Of a DNA stretch of 64,000 nucleotides, positions 62,901 to 64,000 are shown piece by piece (the first letter of the stretch is position 1; every line of letters begins with the position of its first letter). Below the pieces are notes generated by a model that saw nothing but the letters and a program-made list of their open reading frames with translations, ran no database searches and had not been told where the DNA came from. This stretch comes from Macrostomum lignano (lineage: Eukaryota), in assembly GCA_002269645.1 (NCBI GenBank), contig NIVC01002291.1, forward strand, positions 202,333 to 266,332, written 5' to 3'. The position numbers and the translations under genes are program-made.

Positions 62901-64000
62901 TCATCTTTGCACCTGTGTATATCAGCCCCATTGAGTGTCATTTCTAAGCTCTCCATTTAATTCTATATATTGACAGCGACAGGGCTAGTTAGAGATGCTG
63001 AGAGTAGCGGGCTCTGCGTCATCTTTGCACCTGTGTATATCAGCCCCATTGAGTGTCATTTCTAAGCTCTCCATTTAATTCTATATATTGACAGCGACAG
63101 GGCTAGTTAGAGATGCTGAGAGTAGCGGGCTCTGCGTCATCTTTGCACCTGTGTATATCAGCCCCATTGAGTGTCATTTCTAAGCTCTCCATTTAATTCT
63201 ATATATTGACAGCGACAGGGCTAGTTAGAGATGCTGAGAGTAGCGGGCTCTGCGTCATCTTTGCACCTGTGTATATCAGCCCCATTGAGTGTCATTTCTA
63301 AGCTCTCCATTTAATTCTATATATTGACAGCGACAGGGCTAGTTAGAGATGCTGAGAGTAGCGGGCTCTGCGTCATCTTTGCACCTGTGTATATCAGCCC
63401 ATTGAGTGTCATTTCTAAGCTCTCCATTTAATTCTATATATTGACAGCGACAGGGCTAGTTAGAGATGCTGAGAGTAGCGGGCTCTGCGTCATCTTTGCA
63501 CCTGTGTATATCAGCCCCATTGAGTGTCATTTCTAAGCTCTCCATTTAATTCTATATATTGACAGCGACAGGGCTAGTTAGAGATGCTGAGAGTAGCGGG
63601 CTCTGCGTCATCTTTGCACCTGTGTATATCAGCCCCATTGAGTGTCATTTCTAAGCTCTCCATTTAATTCTATATATTGACAGCGACAGGGCTAGTTAGA
63701 GATGCTGAGAGTAGCGCGGCTCTGCGTCATCTTTGCACCTGTGTATATCAGCCCCATTGAGTGTCATTTCTAAGCTCTCCATTTAATTCTATATATTGAC
63801 AGCGACAGGGCTAGTTAGAGATGCTGAGAGTAGCGGGCTCTGCGTCATCTTTGCACCTGTGTATATCAGCCCCATTGAGTGTCATTTCTAAGCTCTCCAT
63901 TTAATTCTATATATTGACAGCGACAGGGCTAGTTAGAGATGCTGAGAGTAGCGGGCTCTGCGTCATCTTTGCACCTGTGTATATCAGCCCCATTGAGTGT
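53941..64000. repeat. 118-bp satellite DNA, about 85 near-identical copies, continuing beyond the window
   Basis: Unit GCACCTGTGTATATCAGCCCC...GCGTCATCTTT recurs with period 118. Confidence 0.98.

Noticed and set aside
53941-64000. 118-bp array as a 5S rDNA, spliced-leader or hammerhead-ribozyme array
   Set aside because: The length is near 5S but there is only a trivial GGGCT.GTTAG resemblance and no spacer. No SL exon/donor/Sm layout and no CUGANGA...GAAA core was found on either strand.

Overview
This is animal (eukaryotic) genomic DNA. GC-rich, Ala-rich exons separated by minisatellite-filled introns suggest a Macrostomum-like flatworm, but that is inference and is not shown by the sequence. 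All recognisable host genes are on the + strand: the 3' part of a phytochelatin synthase (3 exons), two tandem intronless U1A/U2B''/SNF-family paralogues, DDI1 (4 exons), SNX3/12 (2 exons) and a 7-cadherin-repeat protocadherin (5 exons, with two single-base frameshifts in short homopolymers). Mobile elements are a 5'-truncated RT+RNase H non-LTR retrotransposon with a 13-bp TSD, an internally deleted Tc1 with 141-bp TIRs, two hAT-type MITEs and three copies of a tRNA-derived SINE. About 20 distinct minisatellites are present, and the last 10 kb is a homogeneous 118-bp satellite. Most long ORFs in the track are repeat artefacts. The leads most worth checking are: (1) the U1A-like/U2B''-like tandem pair, possibly in a trans-spliced operon with DDI1 and SNX3; (2) a palindrome upstream of U1A that pairs a GTAAGT donor with a U1-like ACTTAC; (3) minisatellites built from amplified splice sites; (4) a sharply bounded CpG-depleted island. 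Exon boundaries, repeat counts and CpG counts were made by eye and need computational confirmation.
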